This document shows, piece after piece, positions 12,071-24,832 of a DNA stretch of 64,000 bases; the stretch's first letter is position 1; the number at the start of each line of letters is the position of its first letter. The translations under genes and the position numbers were made by a program. This DNA comes from Camelus ferus (taxonomy: Eukaryota), in contig NC_045696.1 in assembly GCF_009834535.1 (NCBI RefSeq), positions 6,388,001-6,452,000 of the forward strand, given 5' to 3'. The notes under the pieces are model-generated. The model saw only the letters and a program-made list of their open reading frames with translations. It was not told where the DNA came from and searched no databases.

Positions 12071-15000
12071 TTGCAGCTGGAATAGGCCCTTTTTGCAATA
12101 TATATTTTAATGCTAAATATGTTTTTTTAATTGTCATGTTTTATAAGTGTTGGAAACCATTGCGTCAACTTCTAGTGTGGTGTCGATGAAGGTGCCAAGT
12201 CAGAGTCCTTAGCGGGAATGTCAGCGGTGAGCCTGGGGGTGCCAAACAGGGGGACGGGAGGTGCCAGGACTCACCTTCTCAGGCGCTGAGAAGTCTGCTC
12301 CCGTCTGTGCATCAAGTTTCTTTTTGAAAGTGGGAACAATAACTCTGATTTTGCAAATTAGCTACAACTCTGTTCCTGTAAATGGAATTCAAGCCAAGGC
12401 AGGCCCTTCTTGGACCTCATCAAGTGATTAAGTCCTAGACTTCTGAAAGGACCTCGGTAGAAAATGCAGTCGTGGGGTCAGGTTACCGGGGTCCTGGCAA
12501 GTTAATCGTTGCGTGTAAGTATGACACATGTAAAGCCTCTCCATCAGATAGTGTCTCCACTGATCACTAAGTGGGTGTGTTTCTGAGACTGAGAGGCATG
12601 CTGGGTAATCCTGTTCTGCAGACACAGCAGTGTTTACACAGAACAGCTGTGGGGTCAGCCCTGGGAACACGGATGGCTTCTGTATTTGATCCCATACATG
12701 CCAGGGTTGTCCCGGTGGGAGCGCTAAGAGCAAGAAATACATCAGCATGTGTGCGTGTGCGTGTGCGCACGCTTGAGAGAGAGACTGTGTGTGTAAAGAA
12801 GAGATTGTGAGAGAAATAGAGATGGTGATGGAAAAGGAGGAGGAGAGGGACGAGGCGAGAAAGGGAGACAACACTTAGGGCAAAGGGCGCCAGGATGGCT
12901 TCCAGCTGGCGAGGAGCAGAGCTTGCCGCGCCTGGGCCCTGGTCGGCAGAGTCCGGATTAGGGCTGGCTCGAGGAAGGCCTGTCTGGATTCAGCAAGCTT
13001 CACAAAGGAGACAGAGTGAGGAGGTGAGAACGGTAGTGCAGAAGCAAAACTTTCTCTTGTTCTCGCTGAGTTATTCCTGAATTTAAATAAACACACGCAT
13101 ACATACCCACATGCATACGTACGTACGTACACAGGTACAGACAGACAGACAGATGTACGTACATACATGAGAGAGAAGCGTGGTTCCTTTGACACAGGCC
13201 TGTGCCCCCTTCCATAGCTGACGTCCACTTGCCCTCCTGGCTGGGCTCTGGGGCCACCTTCCCAGCTCAAGGCGGTCCCTGCAGGGATTTGGGATGGGGT
13301 CTAGGGGATGGGGAGCTTGAGGCAACCCAGAGCCTGGCTGAGGGGCTTCCATTTCCAAAAAAGACGCGGGCCCTGGGAGATTCTCCCGCATTCCTCAGCC
13401 GGCTGATGAGGTAGGCTCCTGGGTCCTTCCTCTCAGGCGGGTGCAAAGCCGCAGGCTCAGCGGAGGGTCTCTGTCCCGGGAAATGAAATCGTTTTGTGAG
13501 GAACTGGACCGTTTTCTTGCAAGGGAACGCCAGAAGTGCCGGTGTCTTCCTCTTGCAGGCCCTTGTGGAATTCTGAGATTGCTCAGAATGCTGATGTCTT
13601 GGAAGTTTTCAAGGTAGCTCCAGCTTTTGCAGCAAACTGGGGTGTGTTTTGGTGGCGGATACCGAGGGAAGTCAACCCTAGTGTGGTCCTTGTCTTCCTC
13701 CTGGATGCACGGTGGCACGGGCTTGGCAGGCACGGTCCAGGAGGAGGGCGCCAGGGACCTCACCTGCTGTGATCCAGTCTCGTGCCTCCTTGAAGGAGAG
13801 TGGCGGTCGTGGCTGGAAGTTCTGGGAAAGGACCTCAGCTTTGCGGGACTGAGCCGTGATGCAGACGTCAACTGGTCACCAAGTACCATCCCTCCTCACT
13901 CCCAGGAATGTTCTGGGGAGACAGGAGGGTACATGTATTGATCATCTTGGTAGAAGAGGCTTTTGCCTGCCTGTCCATCCCCGAGCTCCATGGATCTGCA
14001 AGAGTCGAGCATGGGGCCTGGACCGATGTCAGTCATTGTTCTCCAGAGCAATGGAACCAATGGGATATGCGTTTAAGAGACTGATTTTGAAGAACTGGCT
14101 CACACGGCTGTGGACACTGTCAAGTCTGAGATCTGTAGGGCGTACTGGCAGGCTGGACACGCAAGCAGGAGTAGATGCAGCAGTCTTGGGGCAGTGTTCC
14201 TTCTTTCTTAGGAAAATCTCAGGGTTTGCTTCAACTGATGAGACAAGGCCCACCTCCATTCTCAAGGATTATTTCACATCAGTGGCCTGTAGATGTTAAC
14301 TGCGTCTGTGAAATACCTTCAGACCAACACCTCAATTGGCATTGGATTAAGTCACTGATGCGATGCACTGGCCCCGTGGACCCAGGAAACTGACCGCACC
14401 TGGTATTCCCATCCCCTTTGCTGGTCAGTGGTTAGTGGGGCCATTCCTTTCAGACATTCAAACCAGTGTTTTCTGAGGCCAGTTCCCTGTCATTGAAGGG
14501 GCTCAACCTGGCTGGACGGGAAGCGGTCGCAGGGGTTGTGCATCAGATCGGTGGTTCACCAGGACCAGCCTGAAGGCTGGGACCTGGTGGAATACTACCA
14601 GGTGGGTGGTGAGGCATCGTCTGCTCTTCGGAACATGACAGCTGCCTGAAGAGGCATGGAGGGAGGAAAACCCAAAATTCATCTGTGGGGCTAAGGCTCA
14701 TTTCAGCTAGAGGGTTAGAAGAGGCCCCACAGGCAGGAGGACTGCCGGAATCAGATCCGCAGGTTTGGCTGACTGGCGGCATCATCTGTACGCATGTCAG
14801 CTCCAGCCCCGTAAAACGGAATGTGGACCTGCATTGGCTCTGCTTTCGCTCTGGAGACCTTGAATAGCACCTCAGGTGTACCTACCCTGCCCCAGGTGTC
14901 AGGGAGCTGGAAGGGCTCACGGCAGAGATGCTGCAGAGGAAGGGGGAGGATGTGGTTCTCTACACGAGCACCAGGGATGGGGGAGCAGCTCCTGAAAGGG

Positions 15001-16280
15001 CCACTTCCCTGTGTCTTCTGGGAGATGGCCCACCACCTTGAAACACTGGCCAGAAGTGCCAGGGAGTTAGGGATTGCAGCTAGAAAAGTGAGCTTGTGTG
15101 TGGTGGACTTTGATGTAGCACACTTGCCTCTTAAAGTCAACTTCATGGGGAATTTATATAAGTCAAAAATTGAACTTGAGCTAGAATGTGTGGGCTGTTA
15201 CCTTTGTGACCCCTCATTGCTCAACACCTCTCGGGGGAAGAGTTCTCTCTACAGCCTGGGTCTTGCCAGAACACAGCCCAGCTCTTTCCATGTGAGATAC
15301 TGCCCCTGGGAATGGTCCTCTCTGTCTGTTTCTATCCATCCATTACCCTCAGAGGGAAAGGCCAAGACTTTGGGAGGAGGGAGGAACTTAGCTTCCCAAC
15401 CAAGTGATGGAATTCTACCAAACCTCAGCCCAAACGTGCACACAAGCTCCTGAAATGAAAAACAAGCAGAGAAATGAGCTCTGTTGCCGTTATAACAGAG
15501 CGCTGCAAAAATAATAAAAGGAAAATGGGAGAGAAAGGGGCCATGCCTGGTGAGCCACCAGGGCCACCACTGCAGGTTTGGCTTGGTGGTGGCTGTATCA
15601 GAGGACACAATTCTTGAAGACGCTAATCCAATTGCACGTTGTGTGGACACAGCACATCATGTCTCAGCTTCAGTGGTCCACAGCCACCTTGCCTCTCCCC
15701 TGTCTTCACTCCAGCCTCCCAAGTGTTCACACAGTGGGGACGTGGAGACATGTCAGTGCAGACGAGCTGGAACCTGCTGTTCCCTGTGCGGTGCATGTGC
15801 ACGGGGGGCCCGGCTGGGGCTTAGGGCCGCCTAGCCTCCGGCATGCCCCCTGCTAACGGCCGTAATTCTCTGTGAAGTTCCTAAGGCTCAAGCCACTGTG
15901 GACCAGCAGGACAGGCCAAGAAACAGACACATGCACACACACACACACACACACTCACAAGAAAATTGCCTTCCACTATGAGCAGGCAGTGTTGGGTGCA
16001 GTCCGCTTTACTCTATCCCAGCATCCCTGCCTCAGAGATTCAGCCGAATCTCAGGCAGGTTGCATTGGGCATCTGCTTCATCCTTCCACAGGCAATGAAA
16101 AATCCTGGTAGCCTACCTGGAGGTGATGGCAATTCCATGCTGGCCCACCTGGAGGCTCACTGCAGCTGAAACGGACTGAATTTGTGTGCTGGGCTGTGGG
16201 CCCTGCTCCTAGCCCAGGGCCCAAGCCACCTGGAGTCGTTAACCTATTGTTTAAGTCGTTGGTTGAGGGGCCCCCTGGTG

Positions 16281-16467
16281 CACCGATTCTCAAAGTGAGG
16301 CCCCAAATCCGCAGCTTCAGCACCACCTGGGAGCTTGTTAGAGAAGCAGATTCTCAGTTCCCTCCCAGATCTGCTGAATCAGAAGAGACTCTGGGATGGA
16401 GCCCAGGGCTCTGTGTTTCAACAGGTCCCCCAGGGGATTCTAATGCTCACTGTTTTGAGAGCTGCTG
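16281..16467 (+). mobile_element. MER5A-like hAT-Charlie MITE
   Basis: ttctcaaagtg...cacctgggagcttgttagagaagcagattctcag...tgctgaatcagaa...tttgagagctgctg. Confidence 0.8.
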
Positions 16468-16861
16468 CCCTGTGGCAGGATCCAGGGAGGTGAAGACCAG
16501 GACTCCCCGGAGCTGGGTGAAGGTGGCTGGTAGAGTGGATAGTCTGGGGGAACAACGTGCAGAGGAAGCTTTGCTCCCAGGAAGCCCGTCTGCCTGGGCG
16601 CAGGGCACGGCCCTCACCTCACACCGCGGTGGTGTTTGTCTGGCTGAGCCTGTGTGATGAGAGACTGGGCCTTGCCTCATTCTGTGGTCTGGGAAGGAGA
16701 TTCACCGTGTGCTGTGAGTAACTCCAGCCGAGAGTCAGAGTGCGGGATGCTCTTGGCGTAGTAGTTAAAAAGCCTGCCATCTGCATTGTGATGACAGAGG
16801 AGGGGGCTCCCTGATTTGGTCCATCTTGGTGTCGGGCGTGCTGGTTAGGCATGCAGGCATA

Positions 16862-17660
16862 CCTTCATCCAACAAGTGACTGAGCATCTTCTGTGTGCAG
16901 TCAGTTTTAGGTACTTTATATACAGTCATAAAACATACAAAAAAATCTGTCTCACTTGGGAGATGCATTCAGTTTTTGATGGGCAAGATGGCCATTGAAC
17001 CAGATGACTGATTAAAGTGTAGCGGGTTAGATTGTGGTAAATGCTAAGGAGAAAAATAAAGCAGGGAAGAGGGTGGCAGTTCTGGATGGGGCAGCCTGAG
17101 AACGTCACCTTTGAGACCATGACATCTGAGCCAAGCCCCAAAGTCAGCGAGGGAGAAGGTCCCGTGTTTAACCAGCAGAAGAATATTCCAGGCAAATGGA
17201 GTGGTAAGTGCAGAGGCCCTGAGGTCAGCCTGACATGTTGGAGGATAGCTGTGGCTGATGTTTAGTGACCAAGGGGAAAAGTCAGGGGAGATGAGATTGA
17301 GTGACGGTGGGGCCAGAGAGGGGCTTTGATCTTCACTCTGAGTGAGCTGGGAGACTGTTGGCTGTAAGCAAAGGAGGAACATGCTGTCACTCAGATTTGG
17401 CAGGATCTCTCTGGCTCCTGTGTTGAAGTCAAGACTCACAAGGAGACCCCTGCAGGACTCCTAGTAAAGGATGGTGAGGCCTGCATGAGGGCGTTAGTGA
17501 TGGAGGGGTGGAGGGAGGTGATTGCGTTGTGGACGTATTTGGAAGGCAGCACTGGTGTATTTTGCTGACGGGTTAGACCTATGGAGTGAGGAAGAGGGAA
17601 GTGAGAAGGAGCTCCTGGTTTAGGGGTTGTACCTAAATGAGGGATGGACAAACTACAACT
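16862..17660 (-). mobile_element. L2 fragment
   Basis: ttcatccaacaagtgactgagcatc start; tggccattg...ggagactgttggctg...tctctctggctcctgtgttga blocks typical of reverse-complement L2; right boundary approximate. Confidence 0.7.
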
Positions 17661-17805
17661 GGGAGTCCTCCCGAGATTCAAGCCGTGGCCCCTGGAAGTA
17701 CCAGCCCAGGCAGTGGGGACGTGCACTGGGCTCTGATAAGCACCGGGCAAGGTGGGAGGGGCTCTGGGCGCCTCGCTTGAGTTCAGTGGATCTTACTTAT
17801 TAAAC

Positions 17806-18043
17806 CAGTGGTTCTCAGTCACCGTGGCTGTGCCCCCAGGGGACATTTGGCAATGTCTGCAGACATGCTGACGGTCACAGCTGGGGGGTGTTCCTGGCAT
17901 CTGGTGGCTTGAGGCTAGGGGTGCCACAAGGATGCCACTTAACATCCGGTCACACACAGGACATCTCCCCCCGCCCCACCGGCCTGCTCCAAAACAGAAT
18001 GGTCTGGCCCCAAATGTCAGTAGTCTCAAGGTGAGAAACCCCG
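17806..18043 (+). mobile_element. MER20 hAT-Charlie MITE, near full length
   Basis: cagtggttctc...ccccaggggacatttggcaatgtctgcagaca...ggcatctggtgg...caaatgtcagtagt...gagaaaccccg follows the MER20 consensus from end to end. Confidence 0.88.
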
Positions 18044-21000
18044 CACTAACCCATTTATTTGCCGTTTACTCTTCATCATGGGCTGTGTTAGCTGCTCTGA
18101 AGATGGTTCATCAAGGGTGAAAAACATTCTGTGAGGTTGCATGACAGGTCCAAGTTCAGAGGGATGCTCTGGGCTCAGCCACAGCAGGGACACAGGCAGG
18201 AAAGACTCCCAGAGGAGTAATGTTAACATTTCTACCACATACTGTGATTTATTAATAGACTGTAGGATAAAATATATCATCCAATTTCCTCCTTACATCT
18301 GAGAGATGGCTTTAAGATTATACCCACTTTACGGATGAAGACCATTGAGTTTCCAAAAGTTTCCATAACTTGCTTAAGTCTGCCTGTTGTGGGCCACGTG
18401 ACCCCAGGCCTGCACTCCTCTTCCTCCCTCAGGCCTGCTTCCTTTAGCCAGACATCTATCTCTGTGTGGACAGGGATGGTGGAGTTTCTTCCAGGTGACG
18501 GACAAACAGTATGTCCAATCTTCTGTCCTCTGAAAGGCGTTCAATCCAAACACAGCCCATATTTTGATTTCTTGGGTATATTACACGTCAAGAAGTTTTT
18601 CCTTCGTCTCATTTTACTTCATGACAGCAGATCAGTTCACCTGGCTTTCATCTTCACGTTACCTTCACGAGGTGACTCCAGACAGAACCATGTTTTAAAA
18701 ATCATTGGTGTGATGGGAAACCCGCAGCACAAGCCTAGCAGTGGCTCTCAGGAGATACTTGTGAGGCTGAAATTATAAATTAAAAATTCCCAGTTTCACG
18801 ATAGGGACTGTTCAAGTGTCCTCTGCATCATGACATTGGTAGAGGCCCTTTGCCTGGGGGAGGAACTGCTGCCGACAAACACTGGGTCTCTTAACGTCAG
18901 ATCCTGTCATTTAACGTGCAGTGCTCAGTGTGTGGCATTTGAAAGCGGCTCATTGGAACTGGTCTCTCGCTGGGCCTGGACTCTCTCATGCCGTTCTGCT
19001 TTGATGCACTGAGATCTTACTTCACACGTGTATTCTTACGTTTTCTGTAAGACTACGTATTCTCTGAGGACGGTGAAATATGCAGCTGTGATCGCATTTG
19101 TTCCTGTCTGCCTCGGGGCTCTGAACCGCGCTGGCATGAGAGATGTCAGGCTGGGTCACCTTCCAAGCGGTGGGCAGCGCGGGGTGGGAGGAAAACCACC
19201 GGTTTTCCCGTGACAGTGCGGTCGGGTGGTCACAGCTTATCCCCCTTGTCAGGGGCCTTGTGTCTTTACAGACGTCAGGTCATTGGGCTACAGGGCTGAG
19301 ACGGGGACTGAAAGGGAAAAGTTAGTGAGGGGGACAAGTCCTCTGTTACTGCCTCTGTGTCCAGAGCAGACTTTCCCTCATCTGTCGTCCGTGGCGTCAC
19401 TCATGACCGTCTTTGCCTTCTCTTGGGATGTCGAATGAAGGGGCACCATGTGGAGGAGAAGTCTGAGAGCTGTACCCTTCCTTAGGATGCAGGGGAATCC
19501 CATCCGTCACCGTGGGTGTTGATAGCAGGGACAAGGGGACTGTTTGGCATTTTCTATCTTAAAAGTAAAATCATCTCCATTAACCAGGATTTACGTAGTC
19601 TGTTGGGCATTTAAAAACCTGAAGCTCCGTAATGGCTGTTGGGCTTAATTCCTTCCTCTCTGAAAAGTGGAAGTGCTTCGAGAAAAAAACCTCACGAGAT
19701 AGAAAAGTCGCCACGTGTCGTTTTTGTCACATGGCTATCTGAAGAGCGCTCATTCAATAGAACATTTTGCCTCCATTAAACAACGAATTCTCAGAGGATG
19801 CATTTCCCGTTTTCAAAGGTCTAAATGTGAGATGGTCCTGATACCCGTTTTCAGCTGTTAGGAGAAATACGTATTTAAATAATGAAACTTTCACGGGGAA
19901 ACTTCAAGCTCCTTTAAGGGACAAAGAACTAACTGTTGGTGGTGACGTTTTAATTAATTTAGTCTTCAGCTGCTTGGGAGGAGCGGGAACGGGGACAGGG
20001 CTGGGGAGGAGGGGGAAGAGGCTGAAATTCCAGGTGTAAGAGAGAATGTTTAGTAAGGGTAAAAATAACACACAGCTGTGAAGACAAACATCTCCAGTTT
20101 CACTTCGAGCCCGGGCTTCTGCATGAATCACTGCCGAGCTCCGCCCGCTGCTCGGGCCGTGGGGTCTGAAGCAGCTTTTCCACTGCCTCTGATTCAGAAA
20201 TAAAACAGACCCACAAATTACCCCGGAGCTCTCCAGACAATCCCCTCCTTGTCTGGGGTCCTAAAAATACCTTTTGTGGTGACTACCTCAATTCATGCTG
20301 TGAAGCTCGATTAGGGCTTGGTGCGGTCGACTTAGGCTAAGCATGTGCTTTTAGGATTCTTAGGAGGAAAACCACCTGAGGACGGACGGATTCCTATTCA
20401 GGCTGGAGCCAGGCCTGGGCTGCGGGCCCCCGTCGGCCTCCTTGGGGCCCTCTCGTGGAGCTGACCTCTTTGGACCCTCGGGGTAGAGCTGCCAAAGAAA
20501 GCGTTTGTATTTCCCCCATGCGGCATCATCACCAAGTTCTAGACACGAAATCATCTAATAGACTAAAAAGAACATTCGGAAAGACAGTGACATTCTAATA
20601 AACTGGGATAGGCCGGAGATGGCAGGGGAATAGACATTAGCTTGCTTACCCACCTAAGAGTTGGAGGTGCTGTGGAATGTGATCTTCAAGGGTGGAGTTC
20701 ATAGAGCTGGGGAGGGGGCGCTTCACCCATTCAGATGCAGGCACCATGAGAGTAGGGGCACTGACGGCTCCCCAGCACCTGGGACAGTGCCTGGCGGAGA
20801 GACTTGCTTCATGAGTATTTGTTACATGCATGAATGAATCGAGGAGACCCAGGACCAGTTGGCGGGGAGAGTCCAGGGAGTGTGCATTTGTCCAGAGGCA
20901 CTGTGGGCCAGGGAAGACTTGGGTTGCCTGTGGCCAGCGTGGACTGTATTTGGGGAAGATCACTCTGGAAGCAGAGAGAGGACTCTCTGGAGGGAAACCT

Positions 21001-22114
21001 CAGGACTACTCCACGTATTCTCAGAGCACGTGATGGAGAACAGGGCAGGGGAAGTCATCCCCAAGTGCAGAAGGAATCCAGGAACAGGAAGGACAATGGG
21101 GCTTGAGGAATGGGTGGATTTTCGAGGAGATTGGTGGGTTGGCCTCTACCCACTAGAAGAAGTTATCATGATTGCCCAAATTTGATTTTGACTTGCCTTG
21201 GACTTTCTCAAAGGCCTGAGTGCCTCCGCTAACCGTTGTGAAGTGAGGGTGAATCACAGATCTCATGGGGCTGGTGAGCTCAGGGCTGTCGCCTGGGGCC
21301 ACGTACAGTGACATCTTTGGATAAATGAGGTCCATTCATGCGCAGCACATCCTTTGTAAAGCCAATAGCCACGTCTGTGCCTTTGCACTGCGGGCGCTTT
21401 CCATGATCGAATCGGCCCCGCTGTTAAGTAGACTCTGATGTGAGAAGACCAACGTCAGATGCCAAGTTTATTTTGTTTCTCAAAAACCAAGGCCCTAATT
21501 TTGATTTCTCGGTACGCTTTTAGAGGCACGTTACCTCCTTTTCAAAAAAAGGGATTGTGTATGGAAACAGCTAAATGAAGCTTTTGTCTTGGGCTGGGAT
21601 CCACTTAATCTTAAAAAAATATTTGATTGACTGCTTTCCCAGTGCCTCTGTCCTGGTCCTCAGTTCCCTCTTCTGAGTCACAGGCACTCACACTCTGCTG
21701 TCTTAGCACGGGAGCTTCCTGCCCGATTTCCTCACACTCCTGAATGTTTGCCCATCATCTCTGCAGAGCCTGCGCCATGCTGAGCGCCCCAAGGAAGTTT
21801 TGGGAAGGAATATATGACATTCAACTGTAAATCGAGGTGGCCAACTTTTTTTAAACTGAATTTATCAAAGTTCATGTGTGTCCAAATAAACATGGTCATC
21901 TTTTGTGTCTTCCAAGAGGCTCTTCCTTTGCATGTGGCCATCCCTACTCATTTCACATTTGCCACCCTCTCCATGACTGTCCTCGGGGCCACTCCCAGGA
22001 TATTCTCCCTGAAAATACCCAATAGTGATGCAACCGAGTGTTCTGAGGGTCCCTTCCATCATATTTTGTGTCTGTGAAAGAGACTACACGTGCAGAGTTA
22101 CCAGGTGAGGTTTT

Positions 22115-22335
22115 ATTGGGTGGTGGTCAAGTACTTGGACTCAGGACCCCAACTGTCTGGATTCAGATCCCAGCTCCTCCGCTGCTGGTGGTGTAACCGT
22201 GGGCACGGCCTGTGTCCAGCCTCCCTGCACATCACCTGCAGCACTGCTGCTGCCTATTGGTGTTTGACCTTGTGGGGCTGCTGTGTGGCTGAGACGACTA
22301 GTAAGAGCTGGCACGTGGTATTTATCGCGTGCTAG
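22115..22335 (+). mobile_element. MIR SINE (degenerate)
   Basis: gtggtggtcaagtacttggactcagga...ctgtctggattcagatcccagctcc matches the MIR 5' tRNA-like head. Confidence 0.6.
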
Positions 22336-24029
22336 GCACCATTTTAAATGTTTCAGCCATAGTGAAAACATGAAAAGAGTTTGGAGCTGTCCCTAGCATG
22401 AGCAAACAGTCAAATACAGGATAGAAGGTCCAAAGAAGAACCAAAGAAGGTTTGTCAATATTTGTTTGACCACCATGCATTAGGTATTCGCAGAGGCAAA
22501 TCTGAATTTAGAACATCTAAATTAGAAGGTTGTGGAAATTGAAATATACAGCACTCCAGCTCGCAAGATGTTTCCATTTTTCAAGCATTCTTTTTCTTTT
22601 TTTTAAATCTTTTTGCACTCATCTGTCTGGTTGGCCGGCGTTCTCCAAAAACAATGTCAAGAGGATAAGTATGGAGCACTGGCTGAGGACACACAGTCTC
22701 CTGATTTCTGTAGCTGAAGCAGCTGAGAGCTGTGTGCCCAGAGCGCCCTGCTTTATCACCAGCCCCTCCTGGCCCTGAGTGGAATATTCTTAGATCTGTT
22801 ATGGGATGCTGGGAAGGATGCTGCTTGCTGCATCACCCAGTTCTCTCCAGGAGAAGCCAGGAGAGAAACTTCTGTTAAGTTTCAGCCCAGGAAAAGCTTT
22901 GCTTCTGCTGAATAATGGGTTCATTGATATCTTTCTGACACCTTGAATTGTCACAGGGTATACTTCTTTGCTTGGGCTAGTAGAAAGTTCAGAGATAAAT
23001 TGATGTCCTACCTCTAACAACTATAAATAGTAAGCTTACTCGATGTGCTGATTTTATCTCTTGATCATTTATATTATCGTTTTGTGTGCATTTTTGTAAT
23101 CCACCTCAAATGTCACATAGTTTGAAGAAGGGCAGGGGACTAAAATATATTCAGAGCCACCACACGTACACATAAATACGCCAGAGTTGCAGAGAAAAAT
23201 GATGGACTCTCCTCCTTAGAAAAATGTGAACGTAAGTTAAATGCGTATTCATGCCGGTAGCTTCTGGAGAGTCTTGCCTCGGGGCTTGGGAATGGAGTTT
23301 CTTCCAGGCCTCTGATTCTGTAACCCTTTGAGAACCCCGTTGGGTTTGGTAGCCTGTCCAACTTCTCACCTTAATTTAAATTGAGTAGAATTTCCAATTT
23401 ATTTGCTGTTCTTTGCCATGTTCTTTCACCGTTAATTCGTAATACTAGTATGTTTTAGGGAGTTAAGGCCGATGTTCTCATCTCACCCGAACTGAATTCT
23501 CCAGATGCTACTTGAGAGTGATTAGTTAATTGAGGTTCAACAGGTGACTTAGTTGGGCATGAGTCCCCAGCTGTCAGAAGAAGGGCACCCACACCCCATC
23601 TTGTTCATCATGAAGGTTGAGGGGTCTTTCTACGCTATTTCTGCATTGCCCAGGGTGACCGCAGTTATGCCCAAGTGGCATGGAAATGTGTGAGACTTGC
23701 GGCAGAGGTTAAGCTTCTAAAGTTGTGCGGCTCCAGACACGTTTTATGGGACTCTGGGAGTGACACACCCAGTTTTTTGCCCCTATCCCTGCTGTTGTCC
23801 AATGCCTTTCTGAAATTCCTAGTCTGAGCCAGCCTTCCCCTCTTGGGGTGACCCCAGCCCAATGTGGAATTTCTTCTGCTGTGAGCAGAGGGAACCAGCT
23901 GTCTTCCTGGCTCCCATTCCCTCTCACTAAGGCCACATATTGTATGGGATTGTCAAGACCAGCGTTTTGTGGGTTATAATTAGAACCCAGACCTGAAAAT
24001 GTGAATTTGAGAATACGGTTAAGACACAA

Positions 24030-24210
24030 TAATTTTTTATTTATGTCATTGTGGTAAGAGCACTTTACAACTGAGACTTACCCTTTAAACAAATTTTAAA
24101 CAGTGTACATTACTGTTGACCAAACGTACAAGGTTCTACAGCAGATCTCTTCTTTCATTTTACTTGGCTGAAACTTTATGGCTGTTGATTAGTAACTCCT
24201 ATTTCTCCCT
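24030..24210 (-). mobile_element. Old L1 (L1MA8/9-like) 3' end
   Basis: ttgtggtaagagcactt...tacagcagatctct...ctgaaactttat motif. Confidence 0.7.
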
Positions 24211-24365
24211 TATTTACAAAACAGAAATAGACTCACAGACGTAGAAAACAATTTATGGTTATCAAAAGGGACGGGAGGGATAAATTAGTGATTTGGGATT
24301 AACACATACACACCACTGTGCATAAGATAGATAAACAAGGACCTACAGAATAGCTCAGGGAAATA
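24211..24365 (+). mobile_element. L1 3'UTR fragment, sense orientation
   Basis: atttacaaaacagaaatagactcacagac...aacaaggacctac...agctcagggaa; reverse complement of 24638-24800. Confidence 0.8.
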
Positions 24366-24469
24366 GTTGTTGGTCTGAAGGGTCCATGATCCCCAGTGTC
24401 CCCTATTTCTATAATTCTATACATCTCTTTGACTTTTAAATTTGACTTTTTAAAAAACAAATTTTGACT

Positions 24470-24832
24470 TATTTATTTATTTACTTATTTATAGTTCTTA
24501 TTTTCTATTGAACTGTAGTTGATTTACAATGTTAGTTCAGGTGTACAGCAAAGCGATTCAGTTACACATATGCATATATACTTATATACATTTTTTCAGA
24601 TTCTTGTCCAGTATGGATCATTACAAGAAATTGAATATAGTTCCCTGTGCTATACAGTAGGTCCTTGTTGTTTATCTATTTTGTATACAGTAGTGTCTAT
24701 CTGTTAGTCCCAAACTCCTAACCTGTCCCTCCCCACCCCTTTTCCCCTCAGTAACCAGTTTGTTTTCTGTGTTCTTGAGTCTGTTTCTGGTTTGTAAATT
24801 AAATTTGTATATATATATATGTTTTTAGATAT
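24470..24832 (-). mobile_element. L1 3' end fragment, same family as 857-1032
   Basis: (TTTA)n tail followed by gttgatttacaatgttagttcaggtgtacagcaaag...gagtctgtttctggtttgtaaat. Confidence 0.88.

Noticed and set aside
14821..15453. Longest ORF in the track (210 aa) and other 100-190 aa intronic ORFs (e.g. 13395-13889, 16184-16657, 25427-25900, 33583-34161, 51132-51707)
   Set aside because: No recognisable domain, many start at GTG/TTG, they overlap each other on both strands or overlap repeats; expected by chance in GC-rich intron
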